DNA of 64,000 nt from Minisyncoccota bacterium (lineage in GTDB: Bacteria; Patescibacteriota; Minisyncoccia; Phycocordibacterales; UBA9973), in assembly GCA_035491955.1 (NCBI GenBank), contig DATJJU010000003.1, forward strand, positions 15,306 to 79,305, written 5' to 3'. Made by a program: the position numbers and the translations under genes. The stretch's first letter is position 1. Every line of letters starts with the position of its first letter. Positions 37,770 to 47,489 of this stretch are shown here, in pieces. The notes under the pieces were generated by a model. That model had not been told where the DNA came from, searched no databases, and saw nothing but the letters and a program-made list of their open reading frames with translations.

Positions 37770-37808
37770 AAGCCCCGCAGCGTATGTGCGGGGCTTCCTC
37801 TTTTTTTG
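37770..37808. terminator. Bidirectional rho-independent terminator
   Basis: aagccccgca-gcgtatg-tgcggggctt 10-bp perfect stem then CCTCTTTTTTTGG; an A-rich run precedes it. Confidence 0.8.
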
Positions 37809-37810
37809 GC

Positions 37811-38521
37811 TTATGCCTTCAGTGTCTTCAATCCTGTGCGGATAGTATTGATATCCTTCTTCACAGATTTTAGAGCGCTTGCAAGGGCCTTCTCAGCAGT
37901 CTTGCCAGCAGCCACTGCAGCTTTGTTGCTTGCCTGAATGGTTTTGTCGCCATTATCAACCTTCAGTGAAGTCACGGCAGTAATGACAGCCTGCGCCTGA
38001 GTCTGCGCATCAGTGAGTTTTGCGCTGGCATCAGTCGCCGCTGTTTGAAGGGCGCTCACATCCTTGCCTGCAGTCTGTGCAGTGCTGATGCGCGTGTTCA
38101 ACGTAGTCAGCGTATTTTGATACGTTGTAATACTTGCCATGCCGCTGTCAGCCACAGCCAGGTCATGCGCGCTAGGAATCACTACAGCATAAATGCGGTA
38201 GTCTTTGGTGATAGACGCATAATCAGATCGGAGCAGTGTCAGATCGGTCTCGCCATCAATCTTTGCCTTCAGTGTGTTCATAGCATCAATAGCATTCTGG
38301 ATAGCGCCCGTGATAGAAGTGCGCTGCGCATCAGTCAAATGCTTGTATTTGGTGCCAATAGTATTCTTAATTTTCGTCAAGCTCGCCATTCGTGCACTAA
38401 TAGCGGTGTCGGACTTAGCAATAACCTGAGCAGAAGTGATAGTCGATGCAGCGTGAGCAGGAACCGTTGAAAGTGTTACTCCCAAGGCTACAACAGCCAA
38501 GGAAATCATGATTTTTCTCAT
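37811..38521 (-). CDS. Secreted Ala/Thr-rich hypothetical protein (coiled/repetitive)
   Basis: Signal peptide ...VPAHAAS; repetitive TAQT/DAQ motifs. Confidence 0.5.
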   Translation of the reverse strand: MRKIMISLAVVALGVTLSTVPAHAASTITSAQVIAKSDTAISARMASLTKIKNTIGTKYKHLTDAQRTSITGAIQNAIDAMNTLKAKIDGETDLTLLRSDYASITKDYRIYAVVIPSAHDLAVADSGMASITTYQNTLTTLNTRISTAQTAGKDVSALQTAATDASAKLTDAQTQAQAVITAVTSLKVDNGDKTIQASNKAAVAAGKTAEKALASALKSVKKDINTIRTGLKTLKA

Positions 38522-38598
38522 AAAACAGATAAATATAAATAATTATTAATAACAGGTACGAATAAATTATACGCTCCTTCGATCAAATTTCTTTCAAG

Positions 38599-40080
38599 CT
38601 ATTCTACATGAACCTTGATATCAGTTCGTTCATTCTTCAGCTTGAGGCCGAGCACAAAGAATGCTCCGACCATAACCAAGATAGCTGAGAACAAGAAGAC
38701 GTAGTTATAGGCATCAATCTGGGCTTTGAGCTCCACCAGCGTCACGTATTTCTGAATATCAAGAGCGGCATGACTTCTCAAAATGCTCAATGAATTGATA
38801 TGAAGGACATTATATTTGGTGCGACTGGTCAAAATAGTACCGAAGATGGCAATACCAAAGGCCCCAGCTACGTTACGAGCCAATGCCAATATTGATGATG
38901 CAACGCCGATTTCTTTTGGATCAACAACAGAGGCAATGACATTGGTTCGCTGCGCCATACCGAAACCAAGACCAAAGGCCATGACGCATAATGGAAGCAT
39001 CAGACTGAGCGCTGTGGACTTTGGATCAAGGAATGAGAAGAGATACAAACCGATAGCAGCCACGAAAGTGCTCCAGAAGATCACGTATCGCGCTTGCACT
39101 TTACCGATCAATGATCCGCCGAGCGGTGCTGCGAGCATCAGTGCGGCCGCCATTGGCATGAAGAGATAGCCTGTTTGTGTAGCATTGTAGCCAAGGAATG
39201 TTTGCGCAAACACTGGCAAGAGGAAGAGTCCGCCCATCAAGCCCATAAAGACCACGAAGTTGTTGAACAATGTATTGACGAATGCTGGTATCTTGAAGAA
39301 TCGCAAATCAACGATCGGCTCTTTGGCTCTGCGTTCGATGCGAATGAAGAGTACTGTCAAAAGCAGGATCAATCCGTAGCACAGCATGCTCCATGATGAC
39401 AGCCAGCCCCAGCTTGTGCCTTGATCAAGCACCAAGACAAGTGCCGAAAGCATGCCGCCAAGAGACAATGCGCCCCACCAGTCGAAGTACTGAGTTTTTG
39501 TTTCTGAACGAGACTCATTGATGAAGCGAATAGCCATCAAGAGTCCGAGAATACCGACCGGTAAGTTCACCAAGAAGACTGAGCGCCATCCCAAATGGTC
39601 GATCAGTGGGCCTCCGATCAGCGGACCAAAGACACTGGCAGCTGCAAATGAACTAGACCAGATGCCAAGCGCTTGCGCACGTTCCTTTCCTTCTTTAAAT
39701 GTTACCGCCAAGATAGCCATGGCTGTTGGGTAGTCCGCAGATCCGGCAATAGCCTGAATGACACGGAAGACAATCATAGAAGGAAGATTCCATGCTAAGC
39801 CCGCTAATACTGAACCGATAATGAAGATCGTAAAGCCGAGGATATAGACCTTCTTGCGGCCTATAGTATCCCCCAATTTGCCCCAAATTGGCACGAAGAC
39901 AGCGTTTGCCAGAATATATGCAGTAGCGATCCATCCGGCCGCAGAAACGGTAATATGGAAGTCTGTGATTATGTCCGGCAACGCCAGATTCACAATAGTC
40001 TGATCCAAGCGCCCCAAAAAAGTACCGACAATAACGGTCAAAAGAATCCACCAGCGCAAGTTGGATTTCTTCTCCTCCAT
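38599..40080 (-). CDS. MFS transporter, DHA2 (EmrB/QacA-like, 14 TM) drug:H+ antiporter
   Basis: MFS motif A GKLGDTIGRKKV, ~493 aa with 14 hydrophobic segments. Confidence 0.8.
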   Translation of the reverse strand: MEEKKSNLRWWILLTVIVGTFLGRLDQTIVNLALPDIITDFHITVSAAGWIATAYILANAVFVPIWGKLGDTIGRKKVYILGFTIFIIGSVLAGLAWNLPSMIVFRVIQAIAGSADYPTAMAILAVTFKEGKERAQALGIWSSSFAAASVFGPLIGGPLIDHLGWRSVFLVNLPVGILGLLMAIRFINESRSETKTQYFDWWGALSLGGMLSALVLVLDQGTSWGWLSSWSMLCYGLILLLTVLFIRIERRAKEPIVDLRFFKIPAFVNTLFNNFVVFMGLMGGLFLLPVFAQTFLGYNATQTGYLFMPMAAALMLAAPLGGSLIGKVQARYVIFWSTFVAAIGLYLFSFLDPKSTALSLMLPLCVMAFGLGFGMAQRTNVIASVVDPKEIGVASSILALARNVAGAFGIAIFGTILTSRTKYNVLHINSLSILRSHAALDIQKYVTLVELKAQIDAYNYVFLFSAILVMVGAFFVLGLKLKNERTDIKVHVE

Positions 40081-40082
40081 AT

Positions 40083-40718
40083 TTATTTTATATAGACCTT
40101 AATCTTGGCTGACATGCCATTCTTGAATTCTGGATGCGCAGCAACGTCATAGCGAACCTTCACATCGAAGTTCTGCTCTGCACGCTCATCTGAAATACTG
40201 AAGACGATGCCTGACTGATTGGAAGTAGGACTGACTTCATCGACAATGCCGGTGAATGTGTCGTTCCCAAATGCATCCACTGTGAATGTCACAGGCTGGC
40301 CGACTTTCACATCTGCCAAGCCTTTGTCTTCCGCCAAGGTACCGACAATGCGAAGCTGGGTGGGATCGATCATAGTGATGACTGCAGCACCAGGCTGAAA
40401 GACCTGACCAGGAGTGTTTTGCACGCTTGTCACAATGCCGTCTACTTGCGCAGACAATGTTTCTGAGCCAACGCGAGCCACAGGTTCGTTGGCGGTAACC
40501 TTATCGCCTGCCTTCACATAGACTTCTTGCAAGATGCCTGCTGCTTGAGGGCCGATATTAATAACTGGCGCACTGACAAGTGAGTCTTTGATAGATACGT
40601 ATGAAGATAATGACTTCCATACGATCACTGCACCGAGCAAGAGCGCTACGACAACAATGCCGACGACGCTTTGTACCCAGGGCTTTTGAAATAATGATTG
40701 TTTCTTAGGTTCTTCCAT
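40083..40718 (-). CDS. Efflux periplasmic adaptor / HlyD-family membrane fusion protein (short form)
   Basis: N-terminal anchor, biotin-lipoyl-like VKAGDKVTANEPVARV, beta-barrel segment. Confidence 0.65.
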   Translation of the reverse strand: MEEPKKQSLFQKPWVQSVVGIVVVALLLGAVIVWKSLSSYVSIKDSLVSAPVINIGPQAAGILQEVYVKAGDKVTANEPVARVGSETLSAQVDGIVTSVQNTPGQVFQPGAAVITMIDPTQLRIVGTLAEDKGLADVKVGQPVTFTVDAFGNDTFTGIVDEVSPTSNQSGIVFSISDERAEQNFDVKVRYDVAAHPEFKNGMSAKIKVYIK

Positions 40719-40719
40719 A

Positions 40720-41709
40720 TTATTGATTGATAGTAATACTGATAACGGCTTTGTTGGCAGCGACTGACTGTCCAGACTTCAGATCGGTGTCGATGAATGA
40801 CACAGTACCGCTGACCGGTGCCACGATGAGATCGTTTTGGTATGCACCAAGAGCAGCTTGATAGACGCCTTCAGCAGAATCCACAGCTGCTTTGGCAGTG
40901 TTAGCTTTTGAACCAGCCGAGAGATTAGCCTCATATTGGCTCAAGACCTGATCGCGAGTAGACACAGCGAGGTCATACGCATTTTTGTTTTGAACATAGT
41001 TTGAAGACTGAGTGTTTGGAATATTCACTGTCCACTTTGTTGCTCCAGAAAATCCTTGCACGAATGTTACGAACAAACCACAAGAGCCGAGCGGCTGAGG
41101 AGTGTTATAGGTAACCTGACCTCCGCCTTTTTCAAGACCGCTATAGGTGAATGAAAATCCTGAAGTAGCGCCTGATGGATATGGAGTAATAGTGTAAGAG
41201 CCTTGCTGTTCACAAGTATATGTACCGCTGATAGTTGGTACATGACTATCGTCCTGAACTGTTGGCGTAGCAGTCAAACCACTAGAAAGAAGCGTGCGGT
41301 ATGCATTCTGTACGAGCACATCCTGTTGCTTCTTGGCATTGGCATACTGCACATCCTGAGAAGCATACTGAGCTTGTGCCAGCTCAAGAGCGCCTTTGGC
41401 CTGACTGACAGCACCCAGAGCACTGCTGCTGTCCAAAGAAGCAAGAGTCTGCCCTTTTGTGACATGGTCACCAACTTTGACAGAGACAGATGCGACACGG
41501 CCTCCCTGTGGGAATGCTAAGTCAAACTGGTTGTCTGATGAGTTTGTAATAACTGTCCCTGAGGTCGCAGACCCTGAGGAGACCTGACTAGCAGGAAGGC
41601 TGACGATGGGAGCAACCCCGACACTGCGGTACAAAAAGAATCCAGCAACAATGGCAATGACTGCCACGATGGGAATGATAAGTTTCGGTTTATGTATAAA
41701 TGCTGTCAT
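40720..41709 (-). CDS. Second membrane-fusion (HlyD-like) adaptor with ~100-aa Ser/Thr/Gly-rich Cys-containing insertion (start at MTAFIHKP)
   Basis: VSVKVGDHVTKGQTLASLD lipoyl-like hairpin and C-terminal LIVAPVSGTVSFID; central insert TYTCEQQGSYTITPYPSG...GSCGLFV. Confidence 0.6.
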   Translation of the reverse strand: MTAFIHKPKLIIPIVAVIAIVAGFFLYRSVGVAPIVSLPASQVSSGSATSGTVITNSSDNQFDLAFPQGGRVASVSVKVGDHVTKGQTLASLDSSSALGAVSQAKGALELAQAQYASQDVQYANAKKQQDVLVQNAYRTLLSSGLTATPTVQDDSHVPTISGTYTCEQQGSYTITPYPSGATSGFSFTYSGLEKGGGQVTYNTPQPLGSCGLFVTFVQGFSGATKWTVNIPNTQSSNYVQNKNAYDLAVSTRDQVLSQYEANLSAGSKANTAKAAVDSAEGVYQAALGAYQNDLIVAPVSGTVSFIDTDLKSGQSVAANKAVISITINQ

Positions 41710-41710
41710 A

Positions 41711-42145
41711 TTATTTTGCGAGCGTACTGATAATATCTGATAAATGCTGTTTTTGTTCTGCTGATAATTTCTTGAGCATGATAGCCAAGAGCTTGGCTTT
41801 TTTCTTTTGCAAAGACAGTGCCAGCTTCTGAGCCTTGGGTGTGAGCGCAATGCGCACGCTGCGGCGGTCATTGGCCAATGTCACGCGCTTCACCAGCTTG
41901 TTCTGCTCCATCACATCGATAATGGTCGTCACAGACGGCGGCGTAATGCGCAAAAATCCGGCAATCTCTTTCATGGTCGGATTTTTGCGCTCCCGAATAA
42001 ACTGCATGATTTCCAAATGCGAATGAGGGCAGTGCAAGCTCGCAGTCTCTTTGCGATACCAGTCGCTCATGCTGCGCTTGAACACGCCAATCAGCTGCTG
42101 AAATTCATCAATATCAAAACTCTTTTTTGGCAATGCTTTTGTCAT
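41711..42145 (-). CDS. MarR-family transcriptional regulator
   Basis: Winged-helix core MKEIAGFLRITPPSVTTIIDVMEQNKLVKRVTLANDRRSVRIALT. Confidence 0.8.
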   Translation of the reverse strand: MTKALPKKSFDIDEFQQLIGVFKRSMSDWYRKETASLHCPHSHLEIMQFIRERKNPTMKEIAGFLRITPPSVTTIIDVMEQNKLVKRVTLANDRRSVRIALTPKAQKLALSLQKKKAKLLAIMLKKLSAEQKQHLSDIISTLAK

Positions 42146-42284
42146 AATTATTAGCTAAACTAACTATTAGCTTTCCTCATAATACCCGACCATCTGCAAA
42201 AAGTCAAAACTCCACCCTATTTGACAAAACAGGTCTTTATATTGTAATATAGGAACAAATTGTTACACCAAAAAACTATACAAT

Positions 42285-42644
42285 ATGAAAAAAGTATTTA
42301 TTATCGCTTCCCTTCTACCATTAGTTGCATGCCGTCGTACTGAGCCTATCAAAGTAGCTGGATTCTTACTGGTAGCCTCTCCTATTTCTACAAACAGAAT
42401 ACCGGGGTACACAGAAACTATCCTTATAGATACTTTGGACGACGAGTATTACCACAAACCTTTTACGGTCGCTGTTAAAACAGATAGCTTTGATTTCTGG
42501 GCCAAAGGAAAAACGACTTCAATGGATATGCCGCCCAGCGTTCGAGTAAAAGGATTACTCAAACTAGGCGCAGACGATACACTGGTCTGCAAGCGCGACT
42601 ACGCCCTCGAAAGCGAAGATCCTGACGAAAACCCGCCACGATAG
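42285..42644 (+). CDS. Hypothetical lipoprotein
   Basis: Signal peptide with lipobox PLVAC. Confidence 0.45.
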   Translation: MKKVFIIASLLPLVACRRTEPIKVAGFLLVASPISTNRIPGYTETILIDTLDDEYYHKPFTVAVKTDSFDFWAKGKTTSMDMPPSVRVKGLLKLGADDTLVCKRDYALESEDPDENPPR

Positions 42645-42839
42645 CTTGCATTTATTGAGAAGTGTGATATAGTAAAGATGTTCATAAACAGGGTCGTAGA
42701 ATACCCTATAGTTGTTGAACAAATGGTGATGCAGTCATAATTGTGATTAATAGTTTCTGCTCGCCAAACAAGTACCAAATTTGTCAGCCCGGAGTTAAAT
42801 GATGATTCCGGGTTTTTTATTTGACAAAATATTGTTTGC

Positions 42840-43487
42840 ATGTTATTTTGTAAAAAACAAAAACCCTTTACAATGCATTCAGAATCACTCCCTCTCCCGA
42901 TCGGCGTCTCGCTTGGAAGAGGAATTTCTCGTAAAAAGATTTTTTTCGCTGGCATATCCAGCTACCTTCCTCATGGTGCAATGCTTAATGTCGTTGCAGC
43001 GGGCATATTAATAAAGCTCGGCTTGGTCAAACAAATCGTCTTCACTGGCGGCAAAACCCAGGGTCAAGACTGGTTTTCGGAAGCTGCGGAAATGAAAAGA
43101 GTCTTTATAAGACTTTTCCGCAACGTAGATCCTGAACTGATCCTTGTCGAGCCTTGTGCAATCGATACGCTTGGCAACATAGAGAATATGTTTCAGGCCG
43201 GCTTGTTACAAAAAGACTCGCCTGTGATCCTTCTGACTGTACGGCAGCATTTGCGTCGGTCCCAGATACTGTTTCGCAATATTGCAAACATGGAGACAGG
43301 CGGCATTTCTTCCCAAGATCTTATTTTAGAGCACGGCACTGCTGAACAGAAAAAATATGTTCGCCAGTACCAGGAGACGATTGAGTATCGCAAAGAGCTT
43401 GTCAAAGAATGGCTACTAAGGATCATCGTGAAATTTGATCCTCAAGGAAAAGGTTTGCGCAGAATAACTTCAAGGACAAGAGTCTGA
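42840..43487 (+). CDS. DUF218 (SanA/YdcF/ElyC-like) domain protein
   Basis: AGILIKLGLVKQIVFTGGKTQG ... EPCAIDTLGNIEN DUF218 pattern. Confidence 0.6.
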   Translation: MLFCKKQKPFTMHSESLPLPIGVSLGRGISRKKIFFAGISSYLPHGAMLNVVAAGILIKLGLVKQIVFTGGKTQGQDWFSEAAEMKRVFIRLFRNVDPELILVEPCAIDTLGNIENMFQAGLLQKDSPVILLTVRQHLRRSQILFRNIANMETGGISSQDLILEHGTAEQKKYVRQYQETIEYRKELVKEWLLRIIVKFDPQGKGLRRITSRTRV

Positions 43488-43501
43488 GATCAAAAAACTA
43501 A

Positions 43502-43538
43502 AACACCCATTATAGAAAATATATAGGGTGTTTTTTTA
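43502..43538. terminator. Bidirectional rho-independent terminator
   Basis: acaccc...gggtgt stem then TTTTTTTATT. Confidence 0.65.
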
Positions 43539-44570
43539 TTATAAAATTGTATGCTCGGCAGTAAAATCGATGGTTTGCGTCTGCATGGCATTTGCTTTAG
43601 CAATGTAGTGATTAATCGCAAAGGTGCAGCCAATGATTGCAACAACCATTACTCCATTTAGTATAAGATCGGGGTGGTGATGGCTGATTTTAATCCCAAT
43701 ATTAAGAAATACTGCCAGAGCTACAATTCCAAAAATAATCCCTAGAATAATATTTGTTGTCGTGCGAGGAGAAGCGAACATTCGCTGGAATAGGTTTGAC
43801 TGCTGTGCTGGAGCCGCAGGTTCTACTGAAACAACAGGTACTACTGGCGCTACCGCAGGTGCAATGGCAACTACAGCGGGTTTCGATACCAATTTTGAAG
43901 GCTTGGTCTTAGTGGTACTTTCAGCTCCTAGAACATGAACTGTTGAATTTGAAGCAGAAGTAATAGGAGTAGATACTGTTTGCGCAGGAACTGCAGCAGG
44001 ATGAGCAAAATCTTGTGCCACAAAAATGGCAGGATATCCCTGATACATCCCAGAGGCAACACCAGTTCCTACTTGCGTATAATTTGCTTTCAAAATGTTT
44101 TCTCGGTGCGTCGGACTATTCATCCATGCAGCTGTTACATCATTTGCGTTTGTAAAATCAACTGCAAGATTTTCTCCGGCAGATGAGTAGTAATACCCCA
44201 CCTTATCAAACCAATACCATGGCGTTTTCCCATCCGGGCTAGTGTGTGCAAAATAACTATTCGCTGCCATATCATTAGCTTTTGCCTGTGCTGCTTCGTT
44301 AAGCAATGAGTTAACAGTGAGGGGTTGTAGGCTATACTGCGCACGTTCATTATTTATTAAAGTTGAGAGAACCTCCGGAGTAATATTTCCCGTGTCCGCT
44401 CTGCTAATTAGTGCAATAGTAGGTATTAAGAAAGCAAATACTTCAATAAAAAATACAAATCCGATAATACGATGAGCATTTTTTTCATGCAAAATAAGGG
44501 GGCGATGGCCATTTCCTTCATGCGGGATAAAATGTAATTTTAACCACTGAAACATAGAAATATAATACAT
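43539..44570 (-). CDS. CAP/SCP/PR1-like domain protein with N-terminal TM anchor and C-terminal TM segment
   Basis: NERAQYSLQPL...HTSPDGKT...GENLAVD...AWMNSPTHRENIL CAP motifs. Confidence 0.7.
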   Translation of the reverse strand: MYYISMFQWLKLHFIPHEGNGHRPLILHEKNAHRIIGFVFFIEVFAFLIPTIALISRADTGNITPEVLSTLINNERAQYSLQPLTVNSLLNEAAQAKANDMAANSYFAHTSPDGKTPWYWFDKVGYYYSSAGENLAVDFTNANDVTAAWMNSPTHRENILKANYTQVGTGVASGMYQGYPAIFVAQDFAHPAAVPAQTVSTPITSASNSTVHVLGAESTTKTKPSKLVSKPAVVAIAPAVAPVVPVVSVEPAAPAQQSNLFQRMFASPRTTTNIILGIIFGIVALAVFLNIGIKISHHHPDLILNGVMVVAIIGCTFAINHYIAKANAMQTQTIDFTAEHTIL

Positions 44571-44599
44571 AAAAATTAATGTTTTGTCTATAGTGCAGT

Positions 44600-44628
44600 A
44601 AAAAGCCCTCGGACGGAGGGCTTTTTTA
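44600..44628. terminator. Bidirectional rho-independent terminator
   Basis: agccctc-ggacg-gagggct flanked by AAAA and TTTTTT. Confidence 0.8.
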
Positions 44629-44636
44629 CAATAAGC

Positions 44637-45848
44637 TTATGGAAGCTGAGGCATTGGAAGGTTAAGACTTGGGCAGACAATATTGTTTATGTCACGCTTA
44701 GTCGTCTTATAAACATAGCCTGTACCGACAAGATTCGGATTACCGAGATTCTTCCATGGAACCAAGACTTGTACTGATTCCTTTTCTTGGAATTGCTTTA
44801 CTGCTGCAAAGGTCTGAGGTCCATATGAACCATCTATCTTTATATTTGCGTGAATAAAGTAATTGAGGAAAGCCTGCAAGTTTGTTACATTTTGTTTGTC
44901 ATTCTTTGCACCAAGCTTCACATAACTAGTAATGTATTCTCCACAACTGTTTGGGGTGTCTGTACTTGCACCCAAAACCTGGCCTGCAGGTTTGCCGCCC
45001 GTACTTCCTCCAGAAGTACCTCCTGATCCACTACCACCAAGAATTGTGGTAGGAAGAATACCGCTTGAGCCTCCCCCGCCACCGTTACCACCTCCATCTG
45101 ATGGAGTAGTCGCTGGTGTGGTTGGAACATTGAACGCTACACAGTGGTAAGTTGTGCCCGCTACAGGATTTCTAATATATTCGAAGTTGTCATAATTCAA
45201 ACCGTCGGTTTCGCAATAGAATTCAGCACTGTCTGAATTGCTATTATCGCGAGTTGATTCATTGAAGGTGAAAGGAATGTATCCTGTCTGCAATACTTCA
45301 CGTACGTGGTACTGAGAAACAGTATTAGGAAATGGAACAGTAACAGTTGTTGAGCCATTTGCATCGGTAGGACCAAAAGTATTCCAGTCCCCAGATGCCT
45401 CACCAATGAAGTCATTGGCTACATCGGTAGGATTGGTATCCTGGTAACTCCACTGAAATCTCCAATTCGGAGCCAAGTGACAGTGACCATTACTGTTCGC
45501 TACATAATCTGAAGCCGTAGTAGCGGTAATTGATGTGCCGTTTCCAAGATGCGGTGAGTAGTCGTCAGTATCACAAATCACCTTGGTTGCTTCTATGGTG
45601 ATAGTAGGTACAGACGGAGTCTGAGTATCAATATCAGGATTAGAAACATCAGGACTCTGAGTTTCATCTGTATCTGTAGTAATAACAAGATCCGGAACTG
45701 AAGGGGTCTCAGTTACGATAGAAGGCTCAGTGACTACAGGACTCTGCGTATTGTCATCAGCATGTACTACAGTAGCCATTCCTTTGAATAACAAAGAAGC
45801 GCTCACGAGCAACACTAGCATCCCTAACAATAAATGACTTTTTTTCAT
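44637..45848 (-). CDS. Secreted protein with Gly-rich linker and C-terminal peptidoglycan-binding-like (PG_binding_1) domain (start at MKKSHLLLGM with GAGGA RBS)
   Basis: Signal peptide; GGGNGGGGGSSG linker; NLQAFLNYF...GSYGPQTFAAVKQFQ. Confidence 0.6.
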   Translation of the reverse strand: MKKSHLLLGMLVLLVSASLLFKGMATVVHADDNTQSPVVTEPSIVTETPSVPDLVITTDTDETQSPDVSNPDIDTQTPSVPTITIEATKVICDTDDYSPHLGNGTSITATTASDYVANSNGHCHLAPNWRFQWSYQDTNPTDVANDFIGEASGDWNTFGPTDANGSTTVTVPFPNTVSQYHVREVLQTGYIPFTFNESTRDNSNSDSAEFYCETDGLNYDNFEYIRNPVAGTTYHCVAFNVPTTPATTPSDGGGNGGGGGSSGILPTTILGGSGSGGTSGGSTGGKPAGQVLGASTDTPNSCGEYITSYVKLGAKNDKQNVTNLQAFLNYFIHANIKIDGSYGPQTFAAVKQFQEKESVQVLVPWKNLGNPNLVGTGYVYKTTKRDINNIVCPSLNLPMPQLP

Positions 45849-46143
45849 AAAAAATTCCTCAAAACTTAATAAAATAGTGACTATCTGCACACTACATCTC
45901 CTTTCTTATTTTGTCAACTATCTGCGCGTTGAGAGATCTTTTATAAGCATAAAGCAGAAAAGAGCTACAAAAGATACGAAAAAGCACACTGTTCCAAATG
46001 TATCTTCCCGTGGCCATGGGAGTAAATGCGTGAGAGGTAGTGCCAAGGTCGTTGGATGAAAAACTGCATTCTCTGCAATATAAAACCAGCCTGAAAAACA
46101 AAAGAAAAATAAGGTAAATGTAAAAGCCTTTAGAAATCTCATA

Positions 46144-47430
46144 TTAATTCAACCCACTCGAGAGAAAACCTTGCATTGTTTGATAAGCAGGCTTTTGCGA
46201 ATAATCATTTCGAACAAGACCGAAAAAGTTTTCATTAGTATCAGTTGTAGTTCCCCCATCTCTGTAGGTATACCAGAATAGTGGGCCAGCCCAACTATAT
46301 GATTTATAGAGATTTATGGTATCCGTAACCATCTTTGATTGCTGATCTTCACTAAGATACCACTTTGAATCAGGACCATTTGTTGGAGCGCCGTATTCAG
46401 TGATCCATATCTGCTTTGCGCTATCACCATTCGCATTCATTATACTTCGTACACTAGGGTTACCATTACTCATGCCAGCCCATGCATTTGTAGAATTTGC
46501 AGAAGGAAGCGCAGGAAATGTGTACGGATGATAGCCAACTGCATCAAAGTAATTTTTACCACCGTCCTTATAAACACACTGTAAGAAATCTAGAGGAGCA
46601 ATATTAACATTAGTATTAGCAACCTGAGCCAACCCTCCTGTTATGACATACGCGCCCGGGTCAGCCTTCTTAATAGCTGGGTATACAGCTTTGAGTAGAG
46701 TTGTATATGCTCCACAATCTGACTTGGTAGCCCAAAAATCGTAATCATTTTCTTCATTCCAAATCTCCCAGTAATGCATCCCGTAGCTCTTGTAGCGATT
46801 AACTAAAGCTGTAGCAAATGTCGCAAACTGATTCGGATCATTTGGTGGGCAATGAGCGCCTCCAGTACAACCGGCCGTTCGAGCCCATGGCGGAGTGTTA
46901 ATAATAATACCGAGCCCTACAATACCGTGTTTCTTTAATGAGTTTGCAATTCGATCGTACTTACTCCAATCGTATTGTGAAGCAGAGTTTTGTTGTACAA
47001 AACCCCAATCGATGTCATATCGAACAATTTTCACACCCATAGCTTGCATGCCACTTACTTCTTTTTCAAGATCTGTATCATTCAAACCAGTTAGTTGGCT
47101 ACCCATAGCCATGCCTATACGGTGTGGAAGTGGTGCAACAGGAGTATAAAGACCGCCAAGAGGTTTTGTGGCATCGCTGAGGGTAGCTTTGGTACTAGTA
47201 TCAATAGGATTAGGCGTACTAGTATCGATCGCCAATGGTGTAGTATCAGCAGTAGCTGGGTTTTGTGCAATAGGCGCTACTACCGGCATTATTTTAGAAT
47301 TTTTATATATAAGTGCCAAACGATACCCAAAAAAAATAATGGCAAGAAAACATAAAAAAAAGGTTGTATTACGCGCCGCCCTATTCTTTTGAGATGGAAT
47401 GCCGCCTGATTCTGGCTTCTTTAATAACAT
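46144..47430 (-). CDS. Clan GH-A (TIM-barrel) glycoside hydrolase, PslG/GH39-like, membrane-anchored
   Basis: Acid/base HYWEIWNEEN (NEP-type) and nucleophile IWITEYGAP (ITE-G) motifs; N-terminal signal anchor. Confidence 0.6.
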   Translation of the reverse strand: MLLKKPESGGIPSQKNRAARNTTFFLCFLAIIFFGYRLALIYKNSKIMPVVAPIAQNPATADTTPLAIDTSTPNPIDTSTKATLSDATKPLGGLYTPVAPLPHRIGMAMGSQLTGLNDTDLEKEVSGMQAMGVKIVRYDIDWGFVQQNSASQYDWSKYDRIANSLKKHGIVGLGIIINTPPWARTAGCTGGAHCPPNDPNQFATFATALVNRYKSYGMHYWEIWNEENDYDFWATKSDCGAYTTLLKAVYPAIKKADPGAYVITGGLAQVANTNVNIAPLDFLQCVYKDGGKNYFDAVGYHPYTFPALPSANSTNAWAGMSNGNPSVRSIMNANGDSAKQIWITEYGAPTNGPDSKWYLSEDQQSKMVTDTINLYKSYSWAGPLFWYTYRDGGTTTDTNENFFGLVRNDYSQKPAYQTMQGFLSSGLN

Positions 47431-47489
47431 TACTATCTATGCTACAATATATCGGCAATAAAGTGAAGCATTTGCAATGCTTAACGCCT

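Noticed and set aside
42599-42955. 118-aa minus-strand ORF between the lipoprotein and DUF218 genes
   Set aside because: It overlaps the 3' end of one gene and the 5' end of another and spans a plus-strand terminator. It is probably spurious.
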